DNA of 64,000 nt from assembly GCF_038871235.1 (NCBI RefSeq), contig NZ_JAVZIN010000003.1:32001-96000 (forward strand), in the 5' to 3' direction. Made by a program: the position numbers and the translations under genes. The number at the start of each line of letters is the position of its first letter. The stretch's first letter is position 1. Positions 50,332 through 59,990 of the stretch are shown here, piece by piece. Source of the DNA: Candidatus Hadarchaeum sp. (GTDB lineage: Archaea > Hadarchaeota > Hadarchaeia > Hadarchaeales > Hadarchaeaceae). Under the pieces are notes generated by a model that was not told where the DNA came from, did not search any database, and saw only the letters and a program-made list of their open reading frames with translations.

Positions 50332-51409
50332 ATTTTGGGAGTTGCTACAGCGCGCGATGGCCGGTGAGGAGCTAAGCGCGGAAGAAGGAGCGCTGCTCCT
50401 GAAGGCCGAGGGCAAGAAACTGCAGGCACTAATTCAAACTGCTGACGAAGTGAGAAGGCGCAGAGTCGGAGATATAGTCACCTATGTAAAGAACCGAAAC
50501 ATAAACTTCACCAATGTGTGCATAGGAAGCTGTAAGTTCTGCGCTTTTCGTCGCAATCCTGAAGACCCTCAAGCTTACGTACTTTCACCAGAACAAATTG
50601 AGTCGAAGGTCAATGAGGCGCTCGAGGCGAATGTCACTGAAATCTGCATCCAAGGTGGGTTGCATCCCGATTTTGGTTTAGAAGACTACCTTGAGATTAT
50701 TCAAACGGTGAAAAAGACGGCCCCCGGAATACATGTCCACGCCTTTTCGCCCGCGGAGATCAACTACATCGCTGAGAAGGAGGACATGGGATTGGAGGAG
50801 GTGATCGTTAGACTCAAGGAAGCAGGGTTGGATTCGGTTCCCGGGACAGCAGCTGAGATTTTAGTTGATAGGGTTCGTTCGATAATCTGTCCCGAGAAAA
50901 TTTCCACGGAACAATGGATCAAAACGATCAAGGCCTGTCACCGCTTGGGACTGCCTACAACCGCAACGATGATGTATGGGCATGTGGAGACGCCCCTAGA
51001 GCAGGCACGGCACATTTCCATCATCCGGGAGATCCAGAAAGAGACCCATGGCTTCACCGAGTTTGTTTTGTTGGGGTTCGTCTCTCGAAACACCCTCCTG
51101 GGCCGAGAATTTAATTTGAGACCATATCCTGACTTGGTCCATAGTTTGCGCCTGCATGCGGTGGCTAGGCTGATGCTCGCTGGCTACATTGACAACATTC
51201 AGACCTCGTGGGTGAAACTTGGACCTAGAGGTGCCCAGCTCATGCTCAAGGCAGGTGCAAACGATTTGGGTGGGACGCTCATGGAGGAGAACATAACAAA
51301 AGCCGCCGGCGGGAGCCTATGCAGCATGACCGCAGCGCAGCTAGAACACCTGATTCTGGAAATAGGTCGGATACCGCGGCAGCGGACCACAACTTATGAT
51401 TTAATTTAA
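50315..51409 (+). CDS. cofH: FO synthase subunit CofH
   Basis: NRNINFTNVCIGSCKFCAF, PGTAAEIL, NIQTSWVKLG, GGTLMEENIT. Confidence 0.94.
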   Translation: MLKRSRFWELLQRAMAGEELSAEEGALLLKAEGKKLQALIQTADEVRRRRVGDIVTYVKNRNINFTNVCIGSCKFCAFRRNPEDPQAYVLSPEQIESKVNEALEANVTEICIQGGLHPDFGLEDYLEIIQTVKKTAPGIHVHAFSPAEINYIAEKEDMGLEEVIVRLKEAGLDSVPGTAAEILVDRVRSIICPEKISTEQWIKTIKACHRLGLPTTATMMYGHVETPLEQARHISIIREIQKETHGFTEFVLLGFVSRNTLLGREFNLRPYPDLVHSLRLHAVARLMLAGYIDNIQTSWVKLGPRGAQLMLKAGANDLGGTLMEENITKAAGGSLCSMTAAQLEHLILEIGRIPRQRTTTYDLI

Positions 51410-51416
51410 CTCACTT

Positions 51417-52364
51417 TCAGCCTGACCGAAATTTAGCTTTGATTCCGGCGAATGTTAAGACCGATCGCGCCAGTTTAACTCTGGAAGGAAGGTCTGGCAT
51501 CAGCAGATCAGTGGAAAATACCGCTATACCAAGATCTTCGATCTTAGGCCTCAGTGTTTCGTCCCTTCTGTCAATAACCAGCCCGCTGATGAAATCACAG
51601 TAGTATTGTGCCACACCCAGTGGGCTGATTTCATAGCCTAGCCCTCTCATTAGGGCTCCGGCCGGTCCGCTTACCGGGGAACCACCAATGATCGGTGAAA
51701 CAGCAATGACTTTTTCTCGTAATTTTTTTAGGGCCGACCTGATCTCTCTAATTGCCACGATGGGTCCAATGCTGGTCACTGGATTGCTGGGGCCGATGAT
51801 GATGGCCTCGCCGTCTTCTATTGCCTCTAGGACCCCTGGCGCGGCCCGGGCCAATTCAGCACCATCAAAAAGGACGGATTTCACCCGGTCCTGAGCCCGC
51901 CTAGCGACCCAGAACTCGTGGAAGGTCATGGTCCCGACTTCAGTATGAATCCGCGTGGTAACTCTATCATCAGACATGGGCATGACGTTGGCGAGGACAT
52001 CAAACCTTCTGCAGAGTTCTCTTGTAACGGCGGAGAGCGGTTCTCCCGTTTTCAAGAGGATGGTGCGGAGTTGTTTAACTTTGCGGTCAAGATCCCCAAT
52101 GCGGAGCAGCTCTGATTTCCCCTCTTGCTTGAGCTTTTCATGCTCCTCAAACGTGTCTTCTCTTAATCCATACCATGTTTCCTCGTTGACCACACCGGCG
52201 AGCGTGTACATGACAGTATCAATGTCCGGCGAGACATAAAGGCCGGAAATTTCTAGGTCCTCTCCGGTGTTAACGATGATGGACAAGTTTTCCTGACCCA
52301 CAAGATGAACTAGGCCTTGGAGTAGCTTGGGAGTACCGGTTCCCCCGGACAATACCGTCAGCAA
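51417..52364 (-). CDS. cofD: 2-phospho-L-lactate transferase
   Basis: SGGTGTPKL, PDIDTVMY, IGDLDR, GPSNPVTSIGP. Confidence 0.95.
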   Translation of the reverse strand: MLTVLSGGTGTPKLLQGLVHLVGQENLSIIVNTGEDLEISGLYVSPDIDTVMYTLAGVVNEETWYGLREDTFEEHEKLKQEGKSELLRIGDLDRKVKQLRTILLKTGEPLSAVTRELCRRFDVLANVMPMSDDRVTTRIHTEVGTMTFHEFWVARRAQDRVKSVLFDGAELARAAPGVLEAIEDGEAIIIGPSNPVTSIGPIVAIREIRSALKKLREKVIAVSPIIGGSPVSGPAGALMRGLGYEISPLGVAQYYCDFISGLVIDRRDETLRPKIEDLGIAVFSTDLLMPDLPSRVKLARSVLTFAGIKAKFRSG

Positions 52365-52368
52365 CTCA

Positions 52369-53118
52369 TCACCTAAAAAGATCCAGTTCGGGCGCCCGGA
52401 TCACTTCACAAATAGTCCCGTTGCCTTTTTCGTATTTTGCTCCCTTGATCAGCACGGCGGGAATGCCTTCGTTCGATTCCCCCATTATCATGACAGCTGC
52501 AGCCGCCAGCGAATCTGCGGGACAGGTAACGGTTACCTTTAGTTCCTTTCCGTACAGATCCCGCCAGCCGCGCATGTCCAACAGAGGTTTCATACCTGCG
52601 ACGCCTATGGCCAGACCGATGCAGCCACAGCGAAAGGGTCTTCCCTGAGTGTCGGTTATGATTACCGCGATGTCAACGCCCAGCCTTTTTTTGACGGTTT
52701 CCCTGATTTTGGCAGCGCTGGCGTCAGGGTCGCTGGGCAATACCGTCACGTGTTCATGGTCAACATTGGAGCGGTCCACGCCCGCGTTAGCGCAGACGAA
52801 ACCTTGCTTGGTCCTCGTAATTATCACGTGGCCCAACCTTACAATCTCTGAAGACTGCTGGAGGATGACCTCGACCATGCGCGGATCTTTATCGATTTTT
52901 TTCGCGATCTCAATAGCTCGTGGGCTGGGCGTGATGGTGCGCAGGTCGACGATTTCTCCCTCAGCCTTTGAGATTATTGTCTGGGCCACGGCTAGCACAT
53001 CTCCATCCTCAATTCTTAAGTGTTGTTTTTCCGCCGCCGCTACTATCAGTTCACCAATATCGTCGCCACGTTTTACCATCGGGATACCAATTATCGCGAA
53101 AAGCTGCACACTTAACAC
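52369..53118 (-). CDS. cofE: Coenzyme F420-0:L-glutamate ligase
   Basis: SKAEG, CANAGVDRSN, DTQGRPFR, MGE, DLFR. Confidence 0.95.
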   Translation of the reverse strand: MLSVQLFAIIGIPMVKRGDDIGELIVAAAEKQHLRIEDGDVLAVAQTIISKAEGEIVDLRTITPSPRAIEIAKKIDKDPRMVEVILQQSSEIVRLGHVIITRTKQGFVCANAGVDRSNVDHEHVTVLPSDPDASAAKIRETVKKRLGVDIAVIITDTQGRPFRCGCIGLAIGVAGMKPLLDMRGWRDLYGKELKVTVTCPADSLAAAAVMIMGESNEGIPAVLIKGAKYEKGNGTICEVIRAPELDLFR

Positions 53119-53165
53119 CGATGGGGATTATTAGTGTGAATGGTTTAAATCAGATGGTGGTGGGC

Positions 53166-54152
53166 ATGAAGTTCGGAGTGGAATTCGTCCCCTATCTCAA
53201 CTTGGGCACCATGGTGGCTCTGGCGAAGGAGGTTGAGCAGCTAGGGTTCCAGCAGATCTGGGTCTGCGATCACTACCACAACCGTTACGTGCATTCGGTC
53301 CTAGCCCAGCTGGCACTAGAGACGCGCCGGGTTCAACTGGGTCCCGGAGTGACCAACCCCTATCTGGCCCATCCAGCGGTAACGGCGGCCGCGGTGGCCA
53401 CGCTTAATGAGATGTCAAAAGGCCGGGCGCTTCTTGGGATGTCTTCCGGAGATCCCTTTTTTTTGGAGACGGTGGGGATAGAGCAGACCAAGCCACTCAC
53501 CAGCGTTCGTGAAGCCGTATTCATAATCAGAAAGCTGTTTGCTGGGGAGAAGGTGGACTTTGAGGGCGAGTGCTTTACCTGTCGGGGGGCCAGGCTTAGG
53601 TTCAAACCGCTGAATCGAATCCCGATTTATGTTGGTGGCCGAAGGAGAAAGATGCTTAGGCTGGCGGGTGAAGTTGCCGACGGTGCCCTCATTAACGCTT
53701 CTCATCCGGTAGATATCGAGGACTCGGTTAAAAGCATTAAGGAAGGTTTAAGGCAAAGAGTGAGCCACATTAATGATTTTGACTTTGTAGCCTACATGGC
53801 GGTCTCGGTTGACAACGATGAAAGAAGGGCTCGTGATGCGGCCCGGGGTGTGGTTGCCTTTGTGGCTTCATCAGCCCCGGAGGATTCCTTATCTCACCGG
53901 GCAATTTCTGCTGAGGATGTGGAGGAGGTGAGGAGATATCTGCGCCGAGGTGAGCTGGCAAAAGCAAGAGAGGCGGTGACTGACGAGATGTTGGATGAAT
54001 TTTCGGTGTGCGGAAAGGCCGACAATTTGGTCGACCGCGTCTTGGAACTGGAGAAAATTGGAGTCACTAGAGTGGTAATCGGTTCTCCGATAGGGCCAGA
54101 TCCGCTCAAATCGCTGAAGCTGGTGGCGGAAAAACTTTTGGATCAGGGTTGA
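53166..54152 (+). CDS. mer: F420-dependent methylene-H4MPT reductase
   Basis: FGVEFVP, DHYHNR, GPGVTNPY, LINASHP, GSPIGPD. Confidence 0.9.
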   Translation: MKFGVEFVPYLNLGTMVALAKEVEQLGFQQIWVCDHYHNRYVHSVLAQLALETRRVQLGPGVTNPYLAHPAVTAAAVATLNEMSKGRALLGMSSGDPFFLETVGIEQTKPLTSVREAVFIIRKLFAGEKVDFEGECFTCRGARLRFKPLNRIPIYVGGRRRKMLRLAGEVADGALINASHPVDIEDSVKSIKEGLRQRVSHINDFDFVAYMAVSVDNDERRARDAARGVVAFVASSAPEDSLSHRAISAEDVEEVRRYLRRGELAKAREAVTDEMLDEFSVCGKADNLVDRVLELEKIGVTRVVIGSPIGPDPLKSLKLVAEKLLDQG

Positions 54153-54180
54153 TCTCAGGATTGCCCAGATTCGGCAGATA

Positions 54181-54462
54181 TCAATCGCAGAACTTTCTAG
54201 AGAGCATTTTTACTTCATCTAGAAACTTGATGATTGAATTATCGGTAATTCGATAGAATATCTTTTTACCCTCCCGCCGAGTATTCACGATTTTACACTT
54301 TCTCATTTCCCGGAGGTGGTGTGAGACCAAGGATTGTTCAAGCTTGGTTTCATTCACGATGTCGTAAACGCATCGCTCTCCCTTTTTTAATAAATGTAAA
54401 ATTTCAAGCCGCGTTTTATCACTGACGCATTTCAGGAGCTTTAGTTGTTCGTCTGTTCCCAT
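54181..54462 (-). CDS. ArsR/SmtB-family regulator
   Basis: RLEIL, ERCV.DI, QSLVSHHL, REGK; terminal Cys. Confidence 0.92.
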   Translation of the reverse strand: MGTDEQLKLLKCVSDKTRLEILHLLKKGERCVYDIVNETKLEQSLVSHHLREMRKCKIVNTRREGKKIFYRITDNSIIKFLDEVKMLSRKFCD

Positions 54463-54511
54463 TCTAACACCATTTCTAAATCAAATTTGGCTGCCTTAAA
54501 AAAGCAAGTTT

Positions 54512-55549
54512 CTAGTCAAAGTAGGCCCGAGTTTGTTTGCAGAGCCAGACCAGAAAGAGCATCAGAGGAACCTCAGTTAGGACCCCGACCACCGTGGCCA
54601 GCGCAGCTCCTGATTGTACTCCAAACAAGGTAATCGCTACTGCGACGGCAACTTCAAAATGGTTGCTGCCGGCGATTATCGCCACCGGGGCAGCGTCTTC
54701 GTAGGAGAGATGGATCCTTTTGGAGATTATGTAAGGAATCGCGAAGATGATGAGAATATTGGCGAAGATGCCGATGGTTATCATGCCGATTATTATTGGA
54801 ATGGCGAGGAGAAGTTGTCCCTGATAGGAGAAGAGCACGACTAGGGTGATCAGGAGGGCAGCGATGGCGATCTTGCCGAGTGGCGGTATAAGTTTTTTCT
54901 GGAACCAGTCGAGTCCCTTTCTTTCAATCGCTATTTTTCTTGTGTAGTAACCGGCTACGAGCGGGGTGACGATATATATAGTGACGGTCAGGGCGATGGT
55001 GGCCCACGGTACGACGATGCCCGAGATTCCAAGCAGAAAAGTTGCCAGTGGGGCGTAGAGGACAACCATAGTCAGGGAGTTTATCGCTGTCATCACCAAC
55101 GTGTGAGCGACATTTGCCTTGGCTAGATAGCTCCACATCAAAACCATCGCCGTGCATGGAGCCACTCCGAGCAGTATCATGCCGGCCCGGTATTGCTGGA
55201 TTTGTTCGGGTGTCAGAAACTGGCCGAAGACAATGCTGAGGAAAAACCAGGCAAAGAAGGCCATCGTGAAGGGTTTTATCGCCCAGTTCATGAAAAGTGT
55301 GAGACCTACTGGTTTTGGTGACCTGATGGCTTTCTTAACCTCTTTGAAGTCAATCTGGACCATGATGGGATAGATCATGAAAAACAGACAGACGGCTATG
55401 GGTATGGAAACTTGGGCGACCTCGAATTCAGCTAGGATTTGCGAAATCTGGGGAAAAGTTCTTCCCAAGAGTATGCCAACTACAATGCAGAGTGTCACCC
55501 ACAGAGTAAGATATTTCTCCCATAGGCTGAGCTTTCTTTCCACTTTCAT
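54512..55549 (-). CDS. acr3: Acr3 arsenite efflux transporter
   Basis: MIYPIM, NWAIKPF, GVAPCTAMVLMW, SNHFEVA, VGVLTEVP. Confidence 0.95.
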   Translation of the reverse strand: MKVERKLSLWEKYLTLWVTLCIVVGILLGRTFPQISQILAEFEVAQVSIPIAVCLFFMIYPIMVQIDFKEVKKAIRSPKPVGLTLFMNWAIKPFTMAFFAWFFLSIVFGQFLTPEQIQQYRAGMILLGVAPCTAMVLMWSYLAKANVAHTLVMTAINSLTMVVLYAPLATFLLGISGIVVPWATIALTVTIYIVTPLVAGYYTRKIAIERKGLDWFQKKLIPPLGKIAIAALLITLVVLFSYQGQLLLAIPIIIGMITIGIFANILIIFAIPYIISKRIHLSYEDAAPVAIIAGSNHFEVAVAVAITLFGVQSGAALATVVGVLTEVPLMLFLVWLCKQTRAYFD

Positions 55550-55562
55550 GATATTACCATCA

Positions 55563-55580
55563 TATGAATTTATATTCATA
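55563..55580. promoter_or_regulatory. Inverted-repeat operator upstream of acr3
   Basis: TATGAAT-TTAT-ATTCATA, between the minus-strand TTATATA box (55594-55600) and the acr3 start. Confidence 0.7.
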
Positions 55581-55652
55581 ATAGTTCGTGATCTATATAA
55601 GGGTGTTGTCGGTCGAGAGGTTGGCTCTAAAGGGCGGGAAAGGAAGTAAGGA

Positions 55653-56006
55653 TTAACTTTCGATATCCTTCAATACTTTTCTCCCAAGGTTGGTCAGCCT
55701 GTAGATTAAAAAGTTTCTTTCCTTCCGAAACTCCACGAGTCCGGCATCTTTCAGTATCTTTAAGTGGTAGGAGAGCTTGGAATATTTTATTTTCATCAGA
55801 TTGACGAAAACACAAACACATAACTCGTTGATCCCTAAGGCCCGCAGGATACGCAGTCGGGTAGGATGCGATATTGCCTGCAAAAATTTTAGGGTTTTTT
55901 TGGTCTCGGCTTCCACAATATCTCTTACTTTTTCCAGCACATCTGCGGAAATACTGTAGTCCGGTGGAAGCTTAGAACTTAGCCGTTCAAGTGATTTGTC
56001 CCGCAT
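55653..56006 (-). CDS. arsR: ArsR-family regulator (ELCVC motif)
   Basis: SHPTRLRIL, ELCVC, LSYHLKIL. Confidence 0.9.
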   Translation of the reverse strand: MRDKSLERLSSKLPPDYSISADVLEKVRDIVEAETKKTLKFLQAISHPTRLRILRALGINELCVCVFVNLMKIKYSKLSYHLKILKDAGLVEFRKERNFLIYRLTNLGRKVLKDIES

Positions 56007-56047
56007 GATTTCACTAGATTAATGTTGGCACTGAATAATAAATTGTT

Positions 56048-56320
56048 TTATAATCCGGCTTCCTTCAGAGCATTTTCCAAAGTTTCCATGCTCGGAGCCA
56101 GACCAATGATTCTGATGTCGTGATCGATAACTATGGCAGGAGTTCTCTCTATCCCATATTCCTTGACCTTTTCATTCATGCCCTCATAGATTTTTATTTC
56201 GACTCGGTCCCCGTACTTCTCAGAAATTTCGCGCATCATCTTTTTAACCATTCTTCCTCCAGAACAGGGGGGAAGTGAAGCAAATACCTCTACGAGTACT
56301 TTCATACTCCAGCCTCCCAA
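56048..56320 (-). CDS. Small thioredoxin-fold protein (monothiol, PPCSGG)
   Basis: YGIERTPAIVID cis-Pro motif; second Cys absent. Confidence 0.8.
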   Translation of the reverse strand: MGGWSMKVLVEVFASLPPCSGGRMVKKMMREISEKYGDRVEIKIYEGMNEKVKEYGIERTPAIVIDHDIRIIGLAPSMETLENALKEAGL

Positions 56321-56622
56321 AGAGCAGTTTTCAATGTCTTCTCACTCGGACAAACACCCATTATTTTTATCTTTTCTTCAACGACTACTGCAGGAACAAC
56401 GGTTATGCCGTACTTTGTGAATTCGTCACAAGGTCCGATGTGTTTTATGACCTCGACCTTATCGCCGTATTCCGCTTTTATCCTGTCAGCGAGTTCAAGA
56501 AGTTTCAAACATCCGGGGCAGGGAGGTTCGGCGGTGAAAACTTCCAATTTTACCATTTCATGCACCCTTTCTGATTTTTTCGATGGCGCGCTTGATCTCT
56601 TCTTTGGTTGGGACGCCACCAA
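56302..56622 (-). CDS. Small thioredoxin-fold protein (CPGC)
   Basis: PPCPGC, VVPAVVV. True start is probably MVKLE. Confidence 0.85.
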   Translation of the reverse strand: MVASQPKKRSSAPSKKSERVHEMVKLEVFTAEPPCPGCLKLLELADRIKAEYGDKVEVIKHIGPCDEFTKYGITVVPAVVVEEKIKIMGVCPSEKTLKTALWEAGV

Positions 56623-56821
56623 CCTTTACAATTGTTTTGTCAATTACCACTGTAGGCGTCATCATAACGCCCATTTTTGCAGCCTCTTCTGATAAGGCAT
56701 CTTCTTTAGTCACTTCTATGTCAGTATAGCCTAGTTCCTCCACCGTTTCTCTTACCACCTTTTCTGCCGCTTTGCACTTCATACAGGGGGGCACTGTGCC
56801 AAAAATTCTTATTCTCATCAA
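56558..56821 (-). CDS. Small thioredoxin-fold protein (CMKC, MTH895-like)
   Basis: PPCMKC, GVMMTPTVVID, G.VPT.EEI. Confidence 0.88.
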   Translation of the reverse strand: MMRIRIFGTVPPCMKCKAAEKVVRETVEELGYTDIEVTKEDALSEEAAKMGVMMTPTVVIDKTIVKVGGVPTKEEIKRAIEKIRKGA

Positions 56822-56827
56822 ACCACC

Positions 56828-56847
56828 ATTTCAATTTTATTTGAAAT
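56828..56847. promoter_or_regulatory. Operator palindrome upstream of the thioredoxin triplet
   Basis: ATTTCAA-TTTTAT-TTGAAAT next to TATTTAAA. Confidence 0.7.
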
Positions 56848-56888
56848 TCTGAATATTTAAACTTTCTTAAGCGGAGGATGATTTTCAA

Positions 56889-58265
56889 TTACTTCAATTT
56901 TTGGAGTATTTCGTTGGCAAGGAAGCGCATCGCCTTTTTGAAGACGAATCCCTTATCCCTTATTAAGTCCAGCAGCAGCATTTTTGGCCGAAGATAAAAT
57001 TTCATGTAGGCCGTTCTCAAGGCTTTGGTTATCTGATCGGCCGTGAGGTATTTCAACTTCATCACGGGATCTAGGGTGGTGAACTTTCTCCAGTTCATGG
57101 TGACTAGTATCTTTTCCTTCAGGGCGTATGTCCACAGCCTTGTCCCCGGATATGGGGTGGCGATGGTGAACTGGGCGAGATCAACGCCGACTTTTTTAGA
57201 AAATTTTATCGTTGTTTCAATTTCTTCCGGGCTTTCTTCTGGAAAGCCGATGACAAAGGACCCTAGTGCGTGAAGCCCAGCTTTTTTGGCGTTTCTTACC
57301 GCCCACTCAGACTTTGCCGGCGTAATCCCCTTTCCGATGAAATCCAGCGTTTTCTGCGATCCCGATTCAATTCCAAAGTAAACGGTATGAGCTCCCGCTT
57401 TCTTCATCGCGCAGGCCACTTCCGGGGAAAAGGTATCGACCCTTGACGAAGCCGTCCAGGTAATATCCAGCCCCTCTTTTCTGATTTCGTCGGCAAGGGC
57501 AATAGCTCGCGACCTTTGCAGAGTAAAAGTGTCATCCAGAAATTCAATCTCCCTTTTTCCATACTCTTTTCTGAGTACTGACAGCTCCTCCAACGTCCTA
57601 GCGACGCTGTGTCCGCGCCATTTTTTACCGAATTGGAGCGAGGATGAACAGAAGATGCAGTTGAATGAGCAACCACGGCTCGTGATTACAGTACCGAATT
57701 CTATTTTCCCCGCCCGGTATTTTTTCATTGGGAGCAGGTCGTAAGCGGGCATTGGGATATCGTCAACGTTTTCTACCGGCCCTCTTGGCGGGTTGTTTAT
57801 TACTCTTCCATTATGTTGAAATGACAAACCGAGTATGTCTTTCAGGTCCTTTTTCTTTTCTAAGGAATCTACCAATTCTTTAAAGGTGTGCTCCCCCTCA
57901 CCCCTCACGATGAAGTCCACCTGCGGGCATTCCTGCATAGTTACTTCAGGCAGAAAAGTTACATGGGGACCACCAAGGACGATTTTCACATTTTCGTTGA
58001 TTTTCTTGGCAACTTTGACGGTTTCGTAGGCGTCGGGCATCATGGAGGTAGTCGCGGTTAAGCCAATCAGTTCTGGATCATAGCTCCTTATTATCCTGCC
58101 TAAGTTTTCTAGATCATATCCTTCAGCAACTGCGTCGACGATTTTCACATCGTGATCCCCTCTGATCATTGAGGCAAGATAAGCTAGACCGAGCGGAGGA
58201 CCGGTGGTGCCCATGACCTTAGTTATGGCGCTCTCATTAGGTGGAGAGATGAGCAGCACCCTCAT
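56889..58265 (-). CDS. Cobalamin-binding radical SAM enzyme (class B methyltransferase architecture)
   Basis: PPLGLAYLA and GGPHVT B12-binding domain; TSRGCSFNCIFC; GIESGSQ; TPYPGT. Confidence 0.92.
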   Translation of the reverse strand: MRVLLISPPNESAITKVMGTTGPPLGLAYLASMIRGDHDVKIVDAVAEGYDLENLGRIIRSYDPELIGLTATTSMMPDAYETVKVAKKINENVKIVLGGPHVTFLPEVTMQECPQVDFIVRGEGEHTFKELVDSLEKKKDLKDILGLSFQHNGRVINNPPRGPVENVDDIPMPAYDLLPMKKYRAGKIEFGTVITSRGCSFNCIFCSSSLQFGKKWRGHSVARTLEELSVLRKEYGKREIEFLDDTFTLQRSRAIALADEIRKEGLDITWTASSRVDTFSPEVACAMKKAGAHTVYFGIESGSQKTLDFIGKGITPAKSEWAVRNAKKAGLHALGSFVIGFPEESPEEIETTIKFSKKVGVDLAQFTIATPYPGTRLWTYALKEKILVTMNWRKFTTLDPVMKLKYLTADQITKALRTAYMKFYLRPKMLLLDLIRDKGFVFKKAMRFLANEILQKLK

Positions 58266-58268
58266 CTT

Positions 58269-59210
58269 TCAGTCACCCACATAAGTAAATAGTTCATAAA
58301 ATACTATAGTCATATCATTTAAGCGCAGTTTTGACTTTGAAGGATAGCCAACTTGGAAAAGAACATTTTTTCTTTCTATTTTGACTTTAAAAATAGAAGT
58401 AGCTCGCAGGATAGTTTTGAAAAGATTTTTGATCCTTCCAGAATTGGGTGATTTAACAGCGTGGCCTTCATTAGCGACCATCTGGTATGAAAGTAAATGC
58501 TGATAAGCTTGCTTTGAGCGAGACATAGGTATCGCTTTTTTTGACAAATACTTCAGAATCTCGATGATCGAGGGCAGAAAGCGGCCGGGAAAGCCAAGGA
58601 TGGCCTCATTCATCCCGATATCCGTTGCATCCCTGCAGCCGTAGCAGCCGAATGAGTAATTCAGTCGATTCTCTAAGTAGGGTATGATTGTGGCATCGAC
58701 GCAAGCGGCTTGGAGCACGGCCGTGGAGGCTTGCACACGTTCGCCACCCTTCATGTTCAAGTATGCCAGAACAATCCACATGAGTTTTTCCACTTCGTCT
58801 TCCACGATTACTACGTCGGGATTGTAGTCGAACCTGTCCAAGGGAAAAAGATGTATCTGTTTGATCAGCCCAGGTTGCAGTTTCGGCATACCGGCGAACA
58901 TCCTCTGTCCCACGGCCTCATCGGAGACGATGCCAAAGCCGACGAGGGCTTTGCCTGATTTTAGGTTGTCCGTCAATTCCCGAAAACCGCAAGATGAAGC
59001 CGCCGCTGGGCAGGAAAGTTCATCCTTCTTAAGCAAGACGTTGTACCCCTTTCTGGCTTTCATTACCGCTTGGCAATATCGGTGCTTTGTTAATACTTCG
59101 GCGTTAGGTACATCTTTCTCAGCCGCCATCAGCCGAACTCCTACGGGCGACCACTTCAGATCAAGGATGTTTTTCATCCCCTCGCCAAGCTTTCTAAACT
59201 CCACAGCCAT
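58269..59210 (-). CDS. DUF169 family protein
   Basis: PVGV, YCQAV, LSCP, PDVV, AAC, SFGCYGCR; atypical C-terminal tail. Confidence 0.85.
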   Translation of the reverse strand: MAVEFRKLGEGMKNILDLKWSPVGVRLMAAEKDVPNAEVLTKHRYCQAVMKARKGYNVLLKKDELSCPAAASSCGFRELTDNLKSGKALVGFGIVSDEAVGQRMFAGMPKLQPGLIKQIHLFPLDRFDYNPDVVIVEDEVEKLMWIVLAYLNMKGGERVQASTAVLQAACVDATIIPYLENRLNYSFGCYGCRDATDIGMNEAILGFPGRFLPSIIEILKYLSKKAIPMSRSKQAYQHLLSYQMVANEGHAVKSPNSGRIKNLFKTILRATSIFKVKIERKNVLFQVGYPSKSKLRLNDMTIVFYELFTYVGD

Positions 59211-59212
59211 GT

Positions 59213-59935
59213 CTATACCGCCCCGCCCAGCCTTTTTTTAATGTATCCGATACATATGAGGTTCTTTGCTATTACCGGCAAGAGTTCGGCAGGAATTCCA
59301 ATTATCACGCCATCATCTAGGTACCCCAGTCCCAGCTCCTTTGCTTTATTTCTCGAAAATTCGCAGGCGAACGTTACGTTGAGACTTCCAAGATAAGGTC
59401 TAGCTGTCGAGTAAGAGCATATCTGGCGCGGCGCTGAGATCCAGCTTTCGACTTTTCCACCTTTTTCAAATATGGTGGCTTGTACTAATTCTAAGGCCCT
59501 TCGGGGCATGGTTTCTGCGATTATCACGTCCGGTTTTAGTGGCGTGGTTTCTAGTGGGGAGAGAAGTATTGCGTACACGCTTTTGGGCCTTAAGCATGGG
59601 GCCGCCTCAAAATATCTCCTTGCGGCCATCTTTGAGCTACATGAGTCCCTGCTGAAGTAGAATTCACCAGTAATTTCTTCCTCAGGCGGTTCCGTGAGTC
59701 CTAAGGCCGACGCACCCCTTTTACATTCATGAAGCCGCTCCGTCGCATAGAAAGTATTGCCGGCCATGGCATACTTTACCATAACACAGTAGAACATTGG
59801 TCTGTCGAGTTCTTTAACGCCCGCTGGGATATCCCCTGGTTTGTTCAGTAAACTCACAGCCACTAATGGAGATTTAAGTGCTAGTATTTCTCGAAGCCTA
59901 CGACCGATTTCTCGATACTGCTCAAGCTCGATCAA
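59213..59935 (-). CDS. DUF169 family protein
   Basis: FYCVMV, ECKRGASALG, PDVI, ICS, TFACEFSR. Confidence 0.85.
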   Translation of the reverse strand: MIELEQYREIGRRLREILALKSPLVAVSLLNKPGDIPAGVKELDRPMFYCVMVKYAMAGNTFYATERLHECKRGASALGLTEPPEEEITGEFYFSRDSCSSKMAARRYFEAAPCLRPKSVYAILLSPLETTPLKPDVIIAETMPRRALELVQATIFEKGGKVESWISAPRQICSYSTARPYLGSLNVTFACEFSRNKAKELGLGYLDDGVIIGIPAELLPVIAKNLICIGYIKKRLGGAV

Positions 59936-59990
59936 ATAACGCTGCCTCCATTTTTCACGTATTCATTCTGCGCTTGATACGTCACGAGAA

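Noticed and set aside
56048-56821. Selenocysteine in the thioredoxin-like proteins
   Set aside because: The monothiol site reads TGT TCT GGA GGA. There is no in-frame TGA at any active site.
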